The translations under genes and the position numbers were made by a program. A DNA stretch of 62,966 nucleotides, filler included, from Corallochytrium limacisporum Hawaii (Eukaryota > Protista > Pluriformea): the NCBI GenBank assembly GCA_002811645.1. It is 5 parts of 5 records of this genome, joined end to end, with 100 filler letters (N's around TTAATTAATTAA, not from the genome) between each part and the next. Parts side by side here need not be neighbours in the genome. Positions count along the whole stretch, not along the records: positions 1 to 24,287 come from PDIP01000102.1; positions 24,388 to 38,739 come from PDIP01000111.1; 3 more parts are not named here. One strand, given 5' to 3'. Below are positions 22,349 to 33,755 of the stretch, piece after piece (position 1 is the first letter of the stretch; the number at the start of each line of letters is the position of its first letter). Under the pieces are notes generated by a model. That model was not told where the DNA came from and searched no databases. It was given only the letters and a program-made list of their open reading frames with translations.

Positions 22349-23737
22349 TTAACGCCAAGTGTCCAGATCTTCCTCGTACCTTACATCCTTGGTCCGAACA
22401 GCTCCACCGACAGACTCCCAATAGTTGTTGGCGTCTGATTCGCCAAATTCCTCGCTTGTCGACCCTCCCCACATGTTCAGAATGTCGGTGTCGGCACGGG
22501 CGTCTGCAGGAGCCATAGTAGTAATGTCCTCAACCTCGGCAGGGTTCTTAACAAACATGTTCAAGGCTTCATCGCGATTGTTGCCCACAATCATGTCCAG
22601 TTCCAGTTCGCCAAAGTGCTGATTAGGGCTGCGGTCGAACTCAGCGCTGCGTGGACTTCCGTCCTCATCCCGTGGACTGTTGTCAGGATTCAATGCAGAC
22701 ACACTGTTATCATCTGAGTTGGAGTAACCATTCGCGTAGCCCAGCTTCCCACGATTGGCCGCGCTGCGATTCTTGACCATGTCCTGTATCTTCTTCTCAC
22801 TAGACCGCTCATTAGCGTACCGCATGACGATTGTAAACATGAGCACAATCCAGCCAAGGACGACGAGCAGCATCACGAAGCTCACGGGGAAGACAGGGAA
22901 CGGTGTGGGTAGCTGACCATCTAGAGCCCATGAAGCCCATACCACGGCAAAATCGTTCTGATCAGCACTCCACTTTGCGGTGGTGAAGAACAAGGAAAAT
23001 TCCAGACCTTGGATTGCTGCACCCTCGCCGAGCAGTTCATTAGTTTCCCTATCGTAAAATTCCGTGATTACTTCGTAGTTCTCGGGACATTTGGCACGGT
23101 AGTGGAAAACAAATTCCATATCGTAGTCTGCGCCCGGCTTAATATTGTCAACAGGGGAGTTTATGAGGACCATGAGGTCATCGGCTTGTGTACCGCTCTT
23201 ATTATCCTCGTCACTAAAGAAATCGCAACTGTTCTCGAAACCCGGGTATGCCTGGAAATAGACTCGACGAACTTCCTGATACATGATGATATAGTCATTG
23301 AGAGTTTGATAAATCTCATTGGGCACGTAATTGGTCTGGTTTGTCATTGGATCCGTATCAGTGTACAGAGCATGGCGACAGACAGCTGCACCATTGGAGT
23401 CCTTCACGGAGTCACTGCAATAATTCAGGCTCGTGAAAATGAAGCAAGAATATCGAGGAAGACCATCCTGTTCTAATTGGAGTGAAGCTGCAATGTCTGC
23501 TGCAGTCAAAGTCGTCTGGTCGTTAAAGGCCTCGTCGGGGTCATAGGGTAACGTCACATCGAACGTATCGAAATCTGCAAGGTAGCGTTCTAATGTGAAA
23601 GTGACCATACGAGTTTCGTCGGTGTTATCAGTACGCTTTAGTACCAAACAACGACGGGGAATGGATACGACCTGTGCCATTACCGTCGAATAGAGGACCA
23701 CCAGTATGGTGCCCCTTAACCAAGTTCTCCCGAGCAT
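22349..23737 (-). CDS. Type I membrane protein with an extracellular Agd3/CBM87-like domain
   Basis: Signal peptide, ectodomain with LNDYIIMYQEVRRVYFQAYPG, HYRAK..ITEF, AAI..FFTTAKWS..WASWALDG (pattern recalled from the Agd3 N-terminal module), one TM helix (FVMLLVVLGWIVLMFTIVM) and an acidic cytoplasmic tail. The CDS is solid; the domain call is tentative. Confidence 0.6.
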   Translation of the reverse strand: MLGRTWLRGTILVVLYSTVMAQVVSIPRRCLVLKRTDNTDETRMVTFTLERYLADFDTFDVTLPYDPDEAFNDQTTLTAADIAASLQLEQDGLPRYSCFIFTSLNYCSDSVKDSNGAAVCRHALYTDTDPMTNQTNYVPNEIYQTLNDYIIMYQEVRRVYFQAYPGFENSCDFFSDEDNKSGTQADDLMVLINSPVDNIKPGADYDMEFVFHYRAKCPENYEVITEFYDRETNELLGEGAAIQGLEFSLFFTTAKWSADQNDFAVVWASWALDGQLPTPFPVFPVSFVMLLVVLGWIVLMFTIVMRYANERSSEKKIQDMVKNRSAANRGKLGYANGYSNSDDNSVSALNPDNSPRDEDGSPRSAEFDRSPNQHFGELELDMIVGNNRDEALNMFVKNPAEVEDITTMAPADARADTDILNMWGGSTSEEFGESDANNYWESVGGAVRTKDVRYEEDLDTWR

Positions 23738-24287
23738 TGTGATTCTGCGTTGACTGTATATATTACTGGGAATTTGCTGCTATACAAATTTGGTGATTCT
23801 AATTGTTCCCTTTCTTTCTCCAAAATTGGATATTTATTTGTCCGTCTACAACTACTGAACTGGATCTTACAAAAATATTTCTATGTCGCTCAAACTTTTC
23901 GCCTGCAAAAAGTCCGACAGTGTTTTACAAGGACTCCGTCACGGATTTACAAATTGATATGCCACATGTGTATATTGAAATACCTTGCAATATATCAAAT
24001 CCACTGATTGACCAAAAACCATATGTCCAGTGGTTGTTCGTCCCAATTGCAATCTACCCAAGGCGGCGAGACTGTTTGCCACCGAGGGATCCCCGTCAAC
24101 CCGTCGCCTCCCCTGCCCACCATTCCTCCCACCTCGCCCTCCTTCTCCCATTGGAGACCCATCCTTCCCGTCCGCCCATGCCATACATTCACTACTACAC
24201 CTCTCAATCACTTCCCAACGCACGCTCCATTCCCTCCATTCCCCCCCCCCCACGCCACCTCCCGCGTACCGCGGAGGGGGGGGGGGG

Positions 24288-24387
24288 NNNNNNNNNNNNN
24301 NNNNNNNNNNNNNNNNNNNNNNNNNNNNNNNTTAATTAATTAANNNNNNNNNNNNNNNNNNNNNNNNNNNNNNNNNNNNNNNNNNNN
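24288..24387. other. Artificial contig spacer (N44-TTAATTAATTAA-N44)
   Basis: Six-frame stop linker flanked by Ns, repeated identically four times in the window. Confidence 0.97.
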
Positions 24388-25272
24388 GGGGGGGGGTCAG
24401 GCCGGTGTCTGACTTGCGTTTGTTGGTTTTGTGCTCTGGGTGCACGTTACCTACCTTCCCCCCCCCCCTTTTTTTCCGGCCCGGCCGGCCCTCACCCTTT
24501 CTGTGTCATCCTCGAAAATGGGTCGTCGCACAGTCGAAGAAAAAAATGTTCTGGCGGAGGGTTCGCGTTCTGTTTGTATGTGCCCAGTTTTCTTTTGGGG
24601 TTTGAATGTCCTGTAACCACCAAACGTTGGCTGGTCACCCCACCACCTACTATTTTTTTGGCTCTCCCTACCTTCCGCTACCCTCCCGGACAGGGAGAGG
24701 GGGGGAGGGAGGGAGAGACTGCGGAGTGGTCGGTCGACTTGCCCCATTGACCTCAGTTGCTTACTGCAGCGAAACACCCGGAGTTGCCCTTACGCCCAGT
24801 ACTATGCTGAGCGGTGATGATACACAGGGGAGGCGGCACAGGTGGGATGGGAAGTATAGGGGCGGCGGTTGTTGCGAAGGTTGCACCCAAACCAACTGCG
24901 GCGATGGGAGGAAAGAAGAGGAACCGGGCACGAAGTGGGTCAGAAAGATCAGACGTAGTAGCACCGGGTGTGAGGAATCAATCGCACCCTTTTGTGTTGC
25001 TCACTGTCTTCGGGACCGAGCGAGAATGGTGTCGCTTGGTTTGCTGAATTGGCTTGTGAGAGGCCGTTTGCGTTGGCTACTTCAATGAAGCATGGGGTAA
25101 GGGACTGATCCATACGGAGGACTGATCCCTATGTAAAGGCTACACCGCACTCTCAAATCCAAGGTCGTCCACATGACATTTTCGAGCTAGAATCAAGGTT
25201 TTAACGAACCGAGTGGCCTCGGTGAGATCTAGTTCTTTTCTAAAGCTATAGATATATGATCAGCACCCAATC

Positions 25273-26904
25273 ATGAAAGTGGCTGTGGTTGGCGGTGGCA
25301 TGGCTGGCCTTGTGGCCGCATACCATCTGTCACAGTCCGACGACGTAGAAGTGACCATCTTTGAGAGGCAGAGCCGTCTGGGCTTGGGCGCTGCGCGGGT
25401 ACAGGTCCCTCTGACGGACGGTAAGGTCACAGATGTCGATATCCCTGCACGGGTCTTGGTTGTGGGGTACTACAATGAGCTTCTGGCGTTGTTCAAGCAC
25501 ATTGGCGTGGAGCTGCAGCCCTGTGATGTGGCTACATCCTACGGGGTTGGCTCCACGACTGACTTCTGTCACAAGAACATTCGCCTTGGGCGGTTTACCA
25601 TGCCCAATCCAATGGCCCTGAACGTCTTCAGTGCAAAATTCTGGAAGTACGCGAGTTGCTTTGTGCGGTTGAATATTGAAGGGGAGGCAGATCTGGCCAG
25701 CGGGCTATTCGACGAAGTTGAGAGGCCTCCAACTCTACATGAGTACCTGGATGCAGGCAGCTATCCTCAGGATTTCCGTGAGGAGGTGTTGTACCCAATG
25801 TTTGCTACAGTTTGTACATGCCCTCTTTCCTACATGTCCTCCTATCCAGCCAAGAACGTTCTCACGCTACTGACTTCCTTTAGCAGTCTCAAGCCTGACG
25901 CTCTGTACCGAACGAAGAATGGCATGGCGGACGTGATGCAGCGTCTGACTGCTAACGTCGACAGTGTTAACACTGGTGTGAGCATCGCCAAGTTGGAACC
26001 AAAGCAGAACGGTGGCGTGCGGGTCAGCTATTACAGGAACGGGCAGACTGACGATGTACAAATGCAGGAATTTGACCACGTGGTATTGGCCACTCAGGCT
26101 CCCCAGGCAGCTCAGCTGCTGCGCGAGATTGACCCAACCCTTGTGCAGTCCTTGGACGAGATTGAAACAATGACTAGTGAAGTCATTGTGCACCGGGATC
26201 AGAGCGTCATGCCCGTGAACAAGAGTCATTGGTGCCCCATGAACATCCGCAGAACTGTTGACGGGAGCGAGGCTATGATAACGGCCTACATGAATAGCCT
26301 GCAGCCGGAGCTTGCCGGTGAAGATCTCACCCTCGAGACTTGGAACCCTATTATTCAACCTGATCCCTCCAAGGTGCTTGGGCGGTTTCACTTCTGTCGC
26401 CCGCGCATCACCGCCCAACATAGTCGCCTTGCGGATGAGATTGGCCGACACCAGGGCCTGATGGACATCTGGGTCTGTGGTGCCTACAGCGTTGATGGCC
26501 TTGCTCTGCTCGAGGAATGCACTAGAAGCGCCTTGTTGGTGTCGACCGCCATTACCGGACGGGTGCCTGAATGGAAGCAGCACCGCATCGCAACCAAATT
26601 GAACAGCATTCCCATGAAGGCTAATCCCGTTGCCGTCGCCATCACTGACGTCAAGGACGTTGTCTACGGTATGATCGCCGTGGTCATTGGCCTTATGACC
26701 GGCTGGATAGTGCGTCTCATCCAAGTATGTTTCATCGGCAGCAGTGGTCAAACCTGGGCTGACCAGGCGCGCATCCAAGTGGCCGAGAGCGTGGAGCGAC
26801 GTCGCCACATGATTGCAACAACACCACTGAAGGCCGGAGCGTTGTATGAGAACGAGACTGAGGCCGTTGAAATCATAGGTGCCAAGATGATACCCGCTGG
26901 CTAA
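25273..26904 (+). CDS. FAD-dependent oxidoreductase, COG2907 / amine-oxidase-like, with a C-terminal TM segment
   Basis: Dinucleotide-binding KVAVVGGGMAGLVAAYHL..VTIFE..RLG, VDIP.R..GYY, FDHVVLATQA, VIVHRDQSVMP, QG..IWVCGAY..LLEEC. Confidence 0.85.
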   Translation: MKVAVVGGGMAGLVAAYHLSQSDDVEVTIFERQSRLGLGAARVQVPLTDGKVTDVDIPARVLVVGYYNELLALFKHIGVELQPCDVATSYGVGSTTDFCHKNIRLGRFTMPNPMALNVFSAKFWKYASCFVRLNIEGEADLASGLFDEVERPPTLHEYLDAGSYPQDFREEVLYPMFATVCTCPLSYMSSYPAKNVLTLLTSFSSLKPDALYRTKNGMADVMQRLTANVDSVNTGVSIAKLEPKQNGGVRVSYYRNGQTDDVQMQEFDHVVLATQAPQAAQLLREIDPTLVQSLDEIETMTSEVIVHRDQSVMPVNKSHWCPMNIRRTVDGSEAMITAYMNSLQPELAGEDLTLETWNPIIQPDPSKVLGRFHFCRPRITAQHSRLADEIGRHQGLMDIWVCGAYSVDGLALLEECTRSALLVSTAITGRVPEWKQHRIATKLNSIPMKANPVAVAITDVKDVVYGMIAVVIGLMTGWIVRLIQVCFIGSSGQTWADQARIQVAESVERRRHMIATTPLKAGALYENETEAVEIIGAKMIPAG

Positions 26905-27071
26905 ACATCCCACACACACAATAGTATCATACCGCGAACTCCCTCTATGTAGCGGTTCAGAAACAAGAAGTAGTAACATGCTCCTGAGCACTGTCAATCA
27001 AACCAGAAATAGACCAGCTTTACTCTTAGATGACATACAAAAACTTTTACTATGTAGACGACGAGGCTCTT

Positions 27072-28637
27072 CTATCCGCGCCGAGCGGGTGGCCGCTTGG
27101 CTGCCGGGAAGGTCAAGGGAACGCTGAGCTTGAAGACCAACTGACGCTTCGGTGTACCATCCCGCTTCGTGCTCACTGCACGTGGATCTATGCGATAGGA
27201 AATTCTGGCGCTGACGGCCTTAGCGATGGTTCGCACGCGTTGCAAACTAATTTGCAAATCCTTGACCAATGGAGTCGGCTCCACAACATAGTCGTTGACC
27301 ATCATGGATACCACGAAGATATAGCAGAGTAGACGATTGCGTAGAGCATCTGTAACGATGCGCTGGGGCGGTTGCCGACTGGAGTCAAGTATGGTGAACG
27401 TCTCAGTGAGATGATCGGCAAATGACTGAGGAACATTGCCCAAAGTCTGGGCTAGGTTAGCCAGCTTGCTTGGTCCCTTGAGAATGTAGAGCTGCATGAG
27501 GTAGTACAAGTACGCAATCCCAAGAGCCCGCTGGTTCTTGTGCTCACCAACGCGACCTTCCTTCATGATCTGCCCAATGAAGGTCGGCAACTCACCGTTC
27601 TCCATAAGTTTGTTGATATACTTTTCGTCAGTGCTGGTAAAGTCCCGAGTGAGAGGCCTGAGTGCCTCCAGGGCAGCAGTCGGCAGCATGTTGCTGAGTT
27701 TGTATGCCTCACCCATATCCTCGGTCTCTGCGTCGTGCGGTGGCAGATGCGGGTACAGTGGGTTGCCGCCCATTACCGAAGCCAACGATGCGGACTGCGT
27801 GAGCAACGCTCCTGTGTCATCCAGGCTGTCTCCGCCAATTGTGCTATTCAGGGTCTGCTCCAGTTTGACTTGGTGATCCTTGGCAAATTCACGCACAGTG
27901 GAGTGCATCTCCCGCAAACTTCCCTGAGCAACTCCATCGACATCCACACGGGCGCGGGCTCGTGCTTCGTATTGCTGTCGTTTCTTCTTGGCACCAAACT
28001 CGTCCACTAATGCCACACGGGCAGCAATCTGTCGCTCGGCCTCAGCCTGGTCCTTATCATCTACTGCCTCGTCACCCTCCCGCTCGATGCGTCCCTCGGC
28101 TTCAATGTCTGCCGCAGTGGTAACCGATTTCAAATGCTCGGGCAACGGAGTGAGTTGCAGGTTGTGCACATCTACGGGCTTGACACGCAACACAAGCTGT
28201 CCTTTGCCATTCCGTTCCACAGTTGCGATTGCACTCTTTCGCATATCCTCACCCACAGCAGCCCCTGAATAGTTCAGATTTTGTCCACTGTGATACAGAC
28301 GCAGCACGTCTTTGCCATCTCTGTCCCTTTGCTTTTCTGCTGACCAGTTTTCCCGAGAACTCTCATCGGCGATGGCAGAGAACAAACCATCCCCAAACTG
28401 GCATATATGGGAGATCTCACCGGAATTGCCAGATTTGATCACGTCAAACCCATTTTCCTTGGCCTCGATTTCTATCCGCAGGGCAGACTTACTAGTTGTC
28501 TTTGTGTGGCTAGAGCCATTGCTAGTTGTCTTCTCTACTACCTCGTCTGCCTTCCTCTTCCGCGAGGGAGACCTTGTAGTTTCCTTTGCTGAGGACCTGG
28601 AGGACCTTCGTTCCTTCTTGGACTTCTTTTCAGCCAT
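27072..28637 (-). CDS. POLR1E: RNA polymerase I subunit RPA49 / PAF53
   Basis: LVDEFGAKKKRQ, LPPHDAE..AYKLSNMLP, RLLCYIFVVSM..DLQIS, basic C-terminus LSVPLTFPAAKR. Confidence 0.8.
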   Translation of the reverse strand: MAEKKSKKERRSSRSSAKETTRSPSRKRKADEVVEKTTSNGSSHTKTTSKSALRIEIEAKENGFDVIKSGNSGEISHICQFGDGLFSAIADESSRENWSAEKQRDRDGKDVLRLYHSGQNLNYSGAAVGEDMRKSAIATVERNGKGQLVLRVKPVDVHNLQLTPLPEHLKSVTTAADIEAEGRIEREGDEAVDDKDQAEAERQIAARVALVDEFGAKKKRQQYEARARARVDVDGVAQGSLREMHSTVREFAKDHQVKLEQTLNSTIGGDSLDDTGALLTQSASLASVMGGNPLYPHLPPHDAETEDMGEAYKLSNMLPTAALEALRPLTRDFTSTDEKYINKLMENGELPTFIGQIMKEGRVGEHKNQRALGIAYLYYLMQLYILKGPSKLANLAQTLGNVPQSFADHLTETFTILDSSRQPPQRIVTDALRNRLLCYIFVVSMMVNDYVVEPTPLVKDLQISLQRVRTIAKAVSARISYRIDPRAVSTKRDGTPKRQLVFKLSVPLTFPAAKRPPARRG

Positions 28638-29294
28638 GGTGGTATATCACAAGAGCGCTAGTCAAAGCCACCTGCTGACGGGAAAGCCATGTTCTTAAAG
28701 ATCTGTTTCAACACACTGTCCTAAGCACCCTACACCTTTAGGATCCGTCTCATTTACCAGTATCACACCATTTTGACTCGCATGAGTAACTGCACAGGGA
28801 CTTTGAAATACCTGCAATCTCTTCCCAACCAGGTCATCCAAATGGCGAGTCGCGCTGTGCATGCGCGCGAGGGGTTCCTCCGGTGCGCGCAGACCCTCCT
28901 CACCTGCCCCCACCCACCCGCTGCCTTGCCCCCTCTCCCCTCCTCTTTCCACGCGGAAAACGGGAGACAGTCCCCCACTCACACACCTGTGGCCATCCCA
29001 GACATTAAAAAACTAATAATAGTTTTTTAACAGGACCTTCGGGGCGGCGTGCGGGGTTTGGTTCTCCAATGAAAATACGTCCCCCAGCTCTCCCTGGTAA
29101 GCACAGGGGTCCCGGGAAGAGTTTCCGGGAGAGTTGTGCACGTTTCGCTCTTCTTGAACCATGTTCTAGAACATAAGAGTGTGTCCAGTGCAGTTACTTC
29201 AACGCAATAGGATCCGACGTTGTTGTTTGTTTTTCAGGTCCGGACAAGAGTGTGTACGGTGACGTGGACAATCAGCCCAGAGCTTGGAGCAAAG

Positions 29295-30002
29295 ATGGAA
29301 CCACCACGGCAATCCGGGGTTGTGTCGCATCAACCGGGAGCGGCACCCCCACCGATGGGACCAAATCCAGGTAGCGGTACCGCCTCACCGGTGCCTCCAC
29401 CCCCTGTTGGAGGATCCTCCATGAGAGCGCAGCCGAGCGGACCTGCAATAAACGAACCCCCACCTAGCGGCCCCCCAACGTCAATAGGACAATCATTAGC
29501 AAATCGGGAACGCAAGACAAACTTGGCAGAAATTGACCCTACCGACTACGCAAATGTTCAGGCACGGTATACGGCACAGGAAGGACACTTAAATGGTTGG
29601 AATGATGTGCCCGTGGCAGTATTAATGCGGAAGCATGCGGCCACCCCCACCTCCGGCACTGAAAGTGAAGGCGGTGCAGACGACGACGGTGGAGACTTCC
29701 TGCAGGATCTGGACAAGCAAATCAAGGACTTCGAAGAAGCACAGGGAGCGAAAGTGAAAAAGCCATTGGCAGATGCCATTAAACGCCTTCGAGAAACCGT
29801 ACTCAAAGAAGGTGGGAACACCCAGAGTCTAAACCCTCACTTGTCCGGACAACTCCGCGAACTTACCGTAGTACTGCAGAAACGGGACTTTGCAGCTGCG
29901 GAGAAGATGCATTATGTCATGGTCAAGGCTCACGGCGTAGAAGTCAGCAGATGGCAGATGGCTTTGAAGCGGATCATCACGGAGATGAAGACAGCAGCCT
30001 GA
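29295..30002 (+). CDS. SRA1/Sec31 C-terminal-domain protein (steroid receptor RNA activator protein-like)
   Basis: Pro-rich N-terminus, GWNDVP (SRA1 GWNDPP), helical C-terminus DFAAAEKMH..H..EVSRWQMALKRII. First ATG is 29295. Confidence 0.7.
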   Translation: MEPPRQSGVVSHQPGAAPPPMGPNPGSGTASPVPPPPVGGSSMRAQPSGPAINEPPPSGPPTSIGQSLANRERKTNLAEIDPTDYANVQARYTAQEGHLNGWNDVPVAVLMRKHAATPTSGTESEGGADDDGGDFLQDLDKQIKDFEEAQGAKVKKPLADAIKRLRETVLKEGGNTQSLNPHLSGQLRELTVVLQKRDFAAAEKMHYVMVKAHGVEVSRWQMALKRIITEMKTAA

Positions 30003-30065
30003 GAACAGGTTCGTAGAATAGCTATAGTTCATAAAGAATGTTTCGAGTTTTTATTTTGTCATGAC

Positions 30066-32186
30066 TTACCCACCAGCATTTTCATCTATACTACTTTGTA
30101 GCCCACCCTTTGAGTGACCGTTGGCTAGGTCAACCTCACTATCAACCTGGCTCATGTCGCTTTTACCAAAGGTCATGCCGACGTCCTTGAGACTGTTGGC
30201 CGCCGCCTCCCCACGTATCTGTGCGGCCTTCTCACCGCTCTTGCTGATGTCCGCACTTGCGTGACGAAGCATGATGCTTCTACGAACACTCTGCTGTGGT
30301 GGCACTTCCATGTCTTCGGGATTGCCAAAGAAGAAGCCCGAGTATTGGATCAGAGATGTTACGAACTGATTTTGATATTTGATGTTGTAGATTGCAGCCA
30401 TGTTCTCACTGACCGGGCGCAGTAATGATGGACCAAAGACCACACCAAGATTAGACGCCTGCATGCGGTTGGTCTCCTCATGTGCAGCAATCTCATGCAA
30501 ATGTTCGCAAAGCAACTTCAAACCTTCGTACCGTTCGCTTGGGATGTCCTTGATCAACTGCTTGCACTCACGCATTCGATTTTCATAGTTATCAATCTTT
30601 GTGGCCGATAAAATTTGGTCGTAGAGAAAGAACGGTACGATCGGTGTCTCCAGGTCACGCAGATACTTGCGGACGGCAGATGAAGCCAGACGCCAACCTT
30701 CGTCCTCCTCTCCGAATTCCACTTTCTCCTTGGCGTATACCTTTGCCAAAGTCTCCTGCACCTTACCCTGCGCACCACTGACACGATAGATGCCCTCATG
30801 GTGTAATCCACACTCTGTAACGAGATTGATGAGCCGCTCCAGAACCATGGAGTCGAACGGCAGCACAGACTGGTCACCACTGACCGATCCGCGGCACGTT
30901 GTTGTTGAGGACTCTCGCGTGTGGCCGTAAGCCGAAAATCCATCTTTGCTACCACTTTCACCTTGGTTCATCATTTCGACCACCGTGACACTGCCGCTGC
31001 GGGCCGCCTTGGCCAATTTGCCGAGGTTGTTCTTCATCACATTGGTGATCTGGCTGTTATTCTTACTTTGTGGCTGCACAATGTCCGAAGAGATCTCAGA
31101 TTGTGACGTAAACATCTCTGACCAGATGTCATAGTCGACGCTACTCTGTGCCTGTACGACAAATCTCTGATCCTTGCCCGCGACCTCAAAGCAGAAGAGC
31201 CGATCCTTGTAGTCGCCAGAAAAAAAGTTGCATTGAGTCACTGTAAAAGTCTCCTTGCTAAATCCATATGAACCGGAAGTAGTGTAGATTGTGAACAGAC
31301 GGCTCTGTCGATCAAACTGACAGAACTGACGAGGCCAATTGATCAATGGACCCTTCCTGCGTTGAACCAAAAGGTAGCCACGCATTACCTTGTCCGACAG
31401 ACCAGGATGCGGGGTTTTCCGTTTCACGTATTCCCCGAGGGTTTTCTTCCGCAGAGCTGTCATCATCTCATCTTCTGTTTGATTGAGCGTGCGCATATCC
31501 TGCAGCCTTCCGTTAACGTAACCCATGAATGTCTCATATTCTTTAAACCATTCGAAAATTTGGTGGTGCGTGCTGCGTGCAATATAAATGGATGCCAGAA
31601 TCTTCTCAGGCAGCTCAAACTTGTTGACAGCATTGATGTGCATAAGCGACTGCAAGTGTTCAGTAGACTGTTTCACGTACACTAATTCCTCCTGGCCCTG
31701 TTGCCTGTCAGTCTCCTCTGTTCCCCGTTTCTTACTGTCCCGACAGTTCTTTTCCACTGCACTGGCATACCGTTCTGTATTGCTCTTAAATTTGGTGCGT
31801 GCGTCCCGTGCAGGCCTCAAAGATCTTTCCAGCAGATCCTCCAGGCCAGCCACTAAGAGTGTTTGCCTCTGTTCAACCATAAAGAGCTGCTGTGCCTCAA
31901 TGTCCCGGATCAGATTCGCAAGAAGTTGCAGGCTTTCGTCGATCAAGACCTCGTCTTCCGACTTTTCTCCCACAGCAGGGAACTTGATTGCGGCAATCAT
32001 GTCAGCTGCCTCCTCTCCAATCTTGCAGGCTTGTGCCTGGGCTTTATTCAAGTCACTGAATTTACGAGCAAGGCGTTTAACCTGCTGATACGTGTTCTCC
32101 AATGCCTCTTCATGCTCTCCCAAGTGTTCTTTGAAGAACGGACTGTCCAATAGACAGTCTGAAAACTCCAATGGTTGCAAACTCAT
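30066..32186 (-). CDS. BAR-PH-RhoGAP of the GRAF / oligophrenin (ARHGAP26/10/42) family, no SH3
   Basis: N-terminus MSLQPLEFSDCLLDSPFF typical of GRAF, PH domain (DRLFCFEV), RhoGAP GIYRVSG with arginine finger and NRMQASNLGVVFGPSLLRP. Confidence 0.93.
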   Translation of the reverse strand: MSLQPLEFSDCLLDSPFFKEHLGEHEEALENTYQQVKRLARKFSDLNKAQAQACKIGEEAADMIAAIKFPAVGEKSEDEVLIDESLQLLANLIRDIEAQQLFMVEQRQTLLVAGLEDLLERSLRPARDARTKFKSNTERYASAVEKNCRDSKKRGTEETDRQQGQEELVYVKQSTEHLQSLMHINAVNKFELPEKILASIYIARSTHHQIFEWFKEYETFMGYVNGRLQDMRTLNQTEDEMMTALRKKTLGEYVKRKTPHPGLSDKVMRGYLLVQRRKGPLINWPRQFCQFDRQSRLFTIYTTSGSYGFSKETFTVTQCNFFSGDYKDRLFCFEVAGKDQRFVVQAQSSVDYDIWSEMFTSQSEISSDIVQPQSKNNSQITNVMKNNLGKLAKAARSGSVTVVEMMNQGESGSKDGFSAYGHTRESSTTTCRGSVSGDQSVLPFDSMVLERLINLVTECGLHHEGIYRVSGAQGKVQETLAKVYAKEKVEFGEEDEGWRLASSAVRKYLRDLETPIVPFFLYDQILSATKIDNYENRMRECKQLIKDIPSERYEGLKLLCEHLHEIAAHEETNRMQASNLGVVFGPSLLRPVSENMAAIYNIKYQNQFVTSLIQYSGFFFGNPEDMEVPPQQSVRRSIMLRHASADISKSGEKAAQIRGEAAANSLKDVGMTFGKSDMSQVDSEVDLANGHSKGGLQSSIDENAGG

Positions 32187-33755
32187 GTTTTACAACTGTA
32201 TCGTGTGAATTCCAACCTGGTGCTCTCTGTACTTTACATGACTCGCAGGACAAACACTAAATACTTCATCCAATCCACTGGGCTTGCTAAGGCTTCGTTC
32301 CTTCTGTGCTATACGTGATCTACGTCCCACCTTCCAATAGCTAGCCCACTCATGCGCCATGATATCACTCACCAACACCAGGAGACGACACTTTGGACCC
32401 AAACACACAAGGGTCCTTAGGCAATCGTGTCGGTCACACTGCAATCGGGTCCCTGACATATTCATCGCTACCATCACATACTCGGTCGTCGCCCCGCAGC
32501 CCTGCCAATCGGAGGAGGCTCCCTCAATACTCTTTCCCCGCCCTTTTCATTGGTGGCAGGACAGAGAGGGGAGCGGGGGACTTCTTGACCGGTCACTTTG
32601 TGTGCGGCCGGCCCTCCCCGGGGCACAACCCCCTCCCCCGCGGGAGACCACAGCAACAGAAAAGTCTGCGCCGTGTCCGAACACCCCCCCCCCATCCCCG
32701 GTCTCCTCTCCTCGCTGGCTGCAACTTTCCCTTTCGGTCCCCACACTTTCCCTGGGCGGTTCTTTTCTTATTTGTTGCTCCGGGCTTATATTCGTCCATA
32801 CCGGTTCCTTCACCGGGGACACCCCCGCTCTTGTCTGCCTCAGTGTGCCGGTGTCTGCGGGCGCTAAGCGTTAGAAACCGTGTCATTGCGGGGCCACCGC
32901 TGGGTTGCTCTCATGCCCGCTCCCCTAGGAGAGAGCGAGTGCCAGAGAGACCCCAAGGAATTGCATGTGTGTGTCTGTGTGCCTTGGACGAACGATAAAG
33001 GAGGACTTCCCCTTGGCACCACCGTCGTCTGCGTCTGCGTACCCGTGCAAAGTCGTACTACGGCGGCCCGGCTCCCGTGCCTTGCGGTTCAATCTCCCTC
33101 CCTTTCTCATTAAGCAGCGGGTCCCCCGAGAGAGAGTCCGCGGCAGGCCTCCCCTCCGTTTCTTTGCGGTCCGTCAGCCATTCAACAGATCACTCCTCGG
33201 CAGCACCATTGGACCCTCGATAAAATAGACTCCCAAATTTCAAGGGCTGAAGCTTCCCCGCTCTACACACGCGCACTGTTCGGGCAGGTACAAAATGTAC
33301 TGAGCAGATTTCGGAGTCAGCGAGGACAGTTTTTGTTGTATACACTGTGAAACCAGTATATAAAATTCAACGCAACCGTGTTTCCCGTTCCCTTTTTCAA
33401 GTATGGGATGTACAGGTAAACAATTTGGTAGAGGCTAGTCGTGTTGTGGAGGCAGGGAGGCGAGTTACTACCGAAACGGTAGGGCCCATGAGCCGTAAGG
33501 TCCCGTGGTGGCTGCTGGCGCTTTGGTTGTGTCTGCAGCTTGGGTTGTGCAGGCTTTTGGCAGCACTCTAGCCAGGAGCATCAATCCTTCTACTACTTTC
33601 TGGTAGTCTATGAAATGCATATTGTCGCATATTAGAGTTTGTAATTTTAACAGCATATTTTTAGCGGAGGTATTTGATAGTCACGCAGGGTAGACATGGA
33701 CGAATGGGTGTTGGAGATCACGTATAGTTTGTTTGGAGTCACATTAGTTGCAATA

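Noticed and set aside
25867-26997. 376-aa antisense ORF, and similar ones such as 4946-5812
   Set aside because: Shadow ORFs opposite well-supported genes, with no recognisable motifs.
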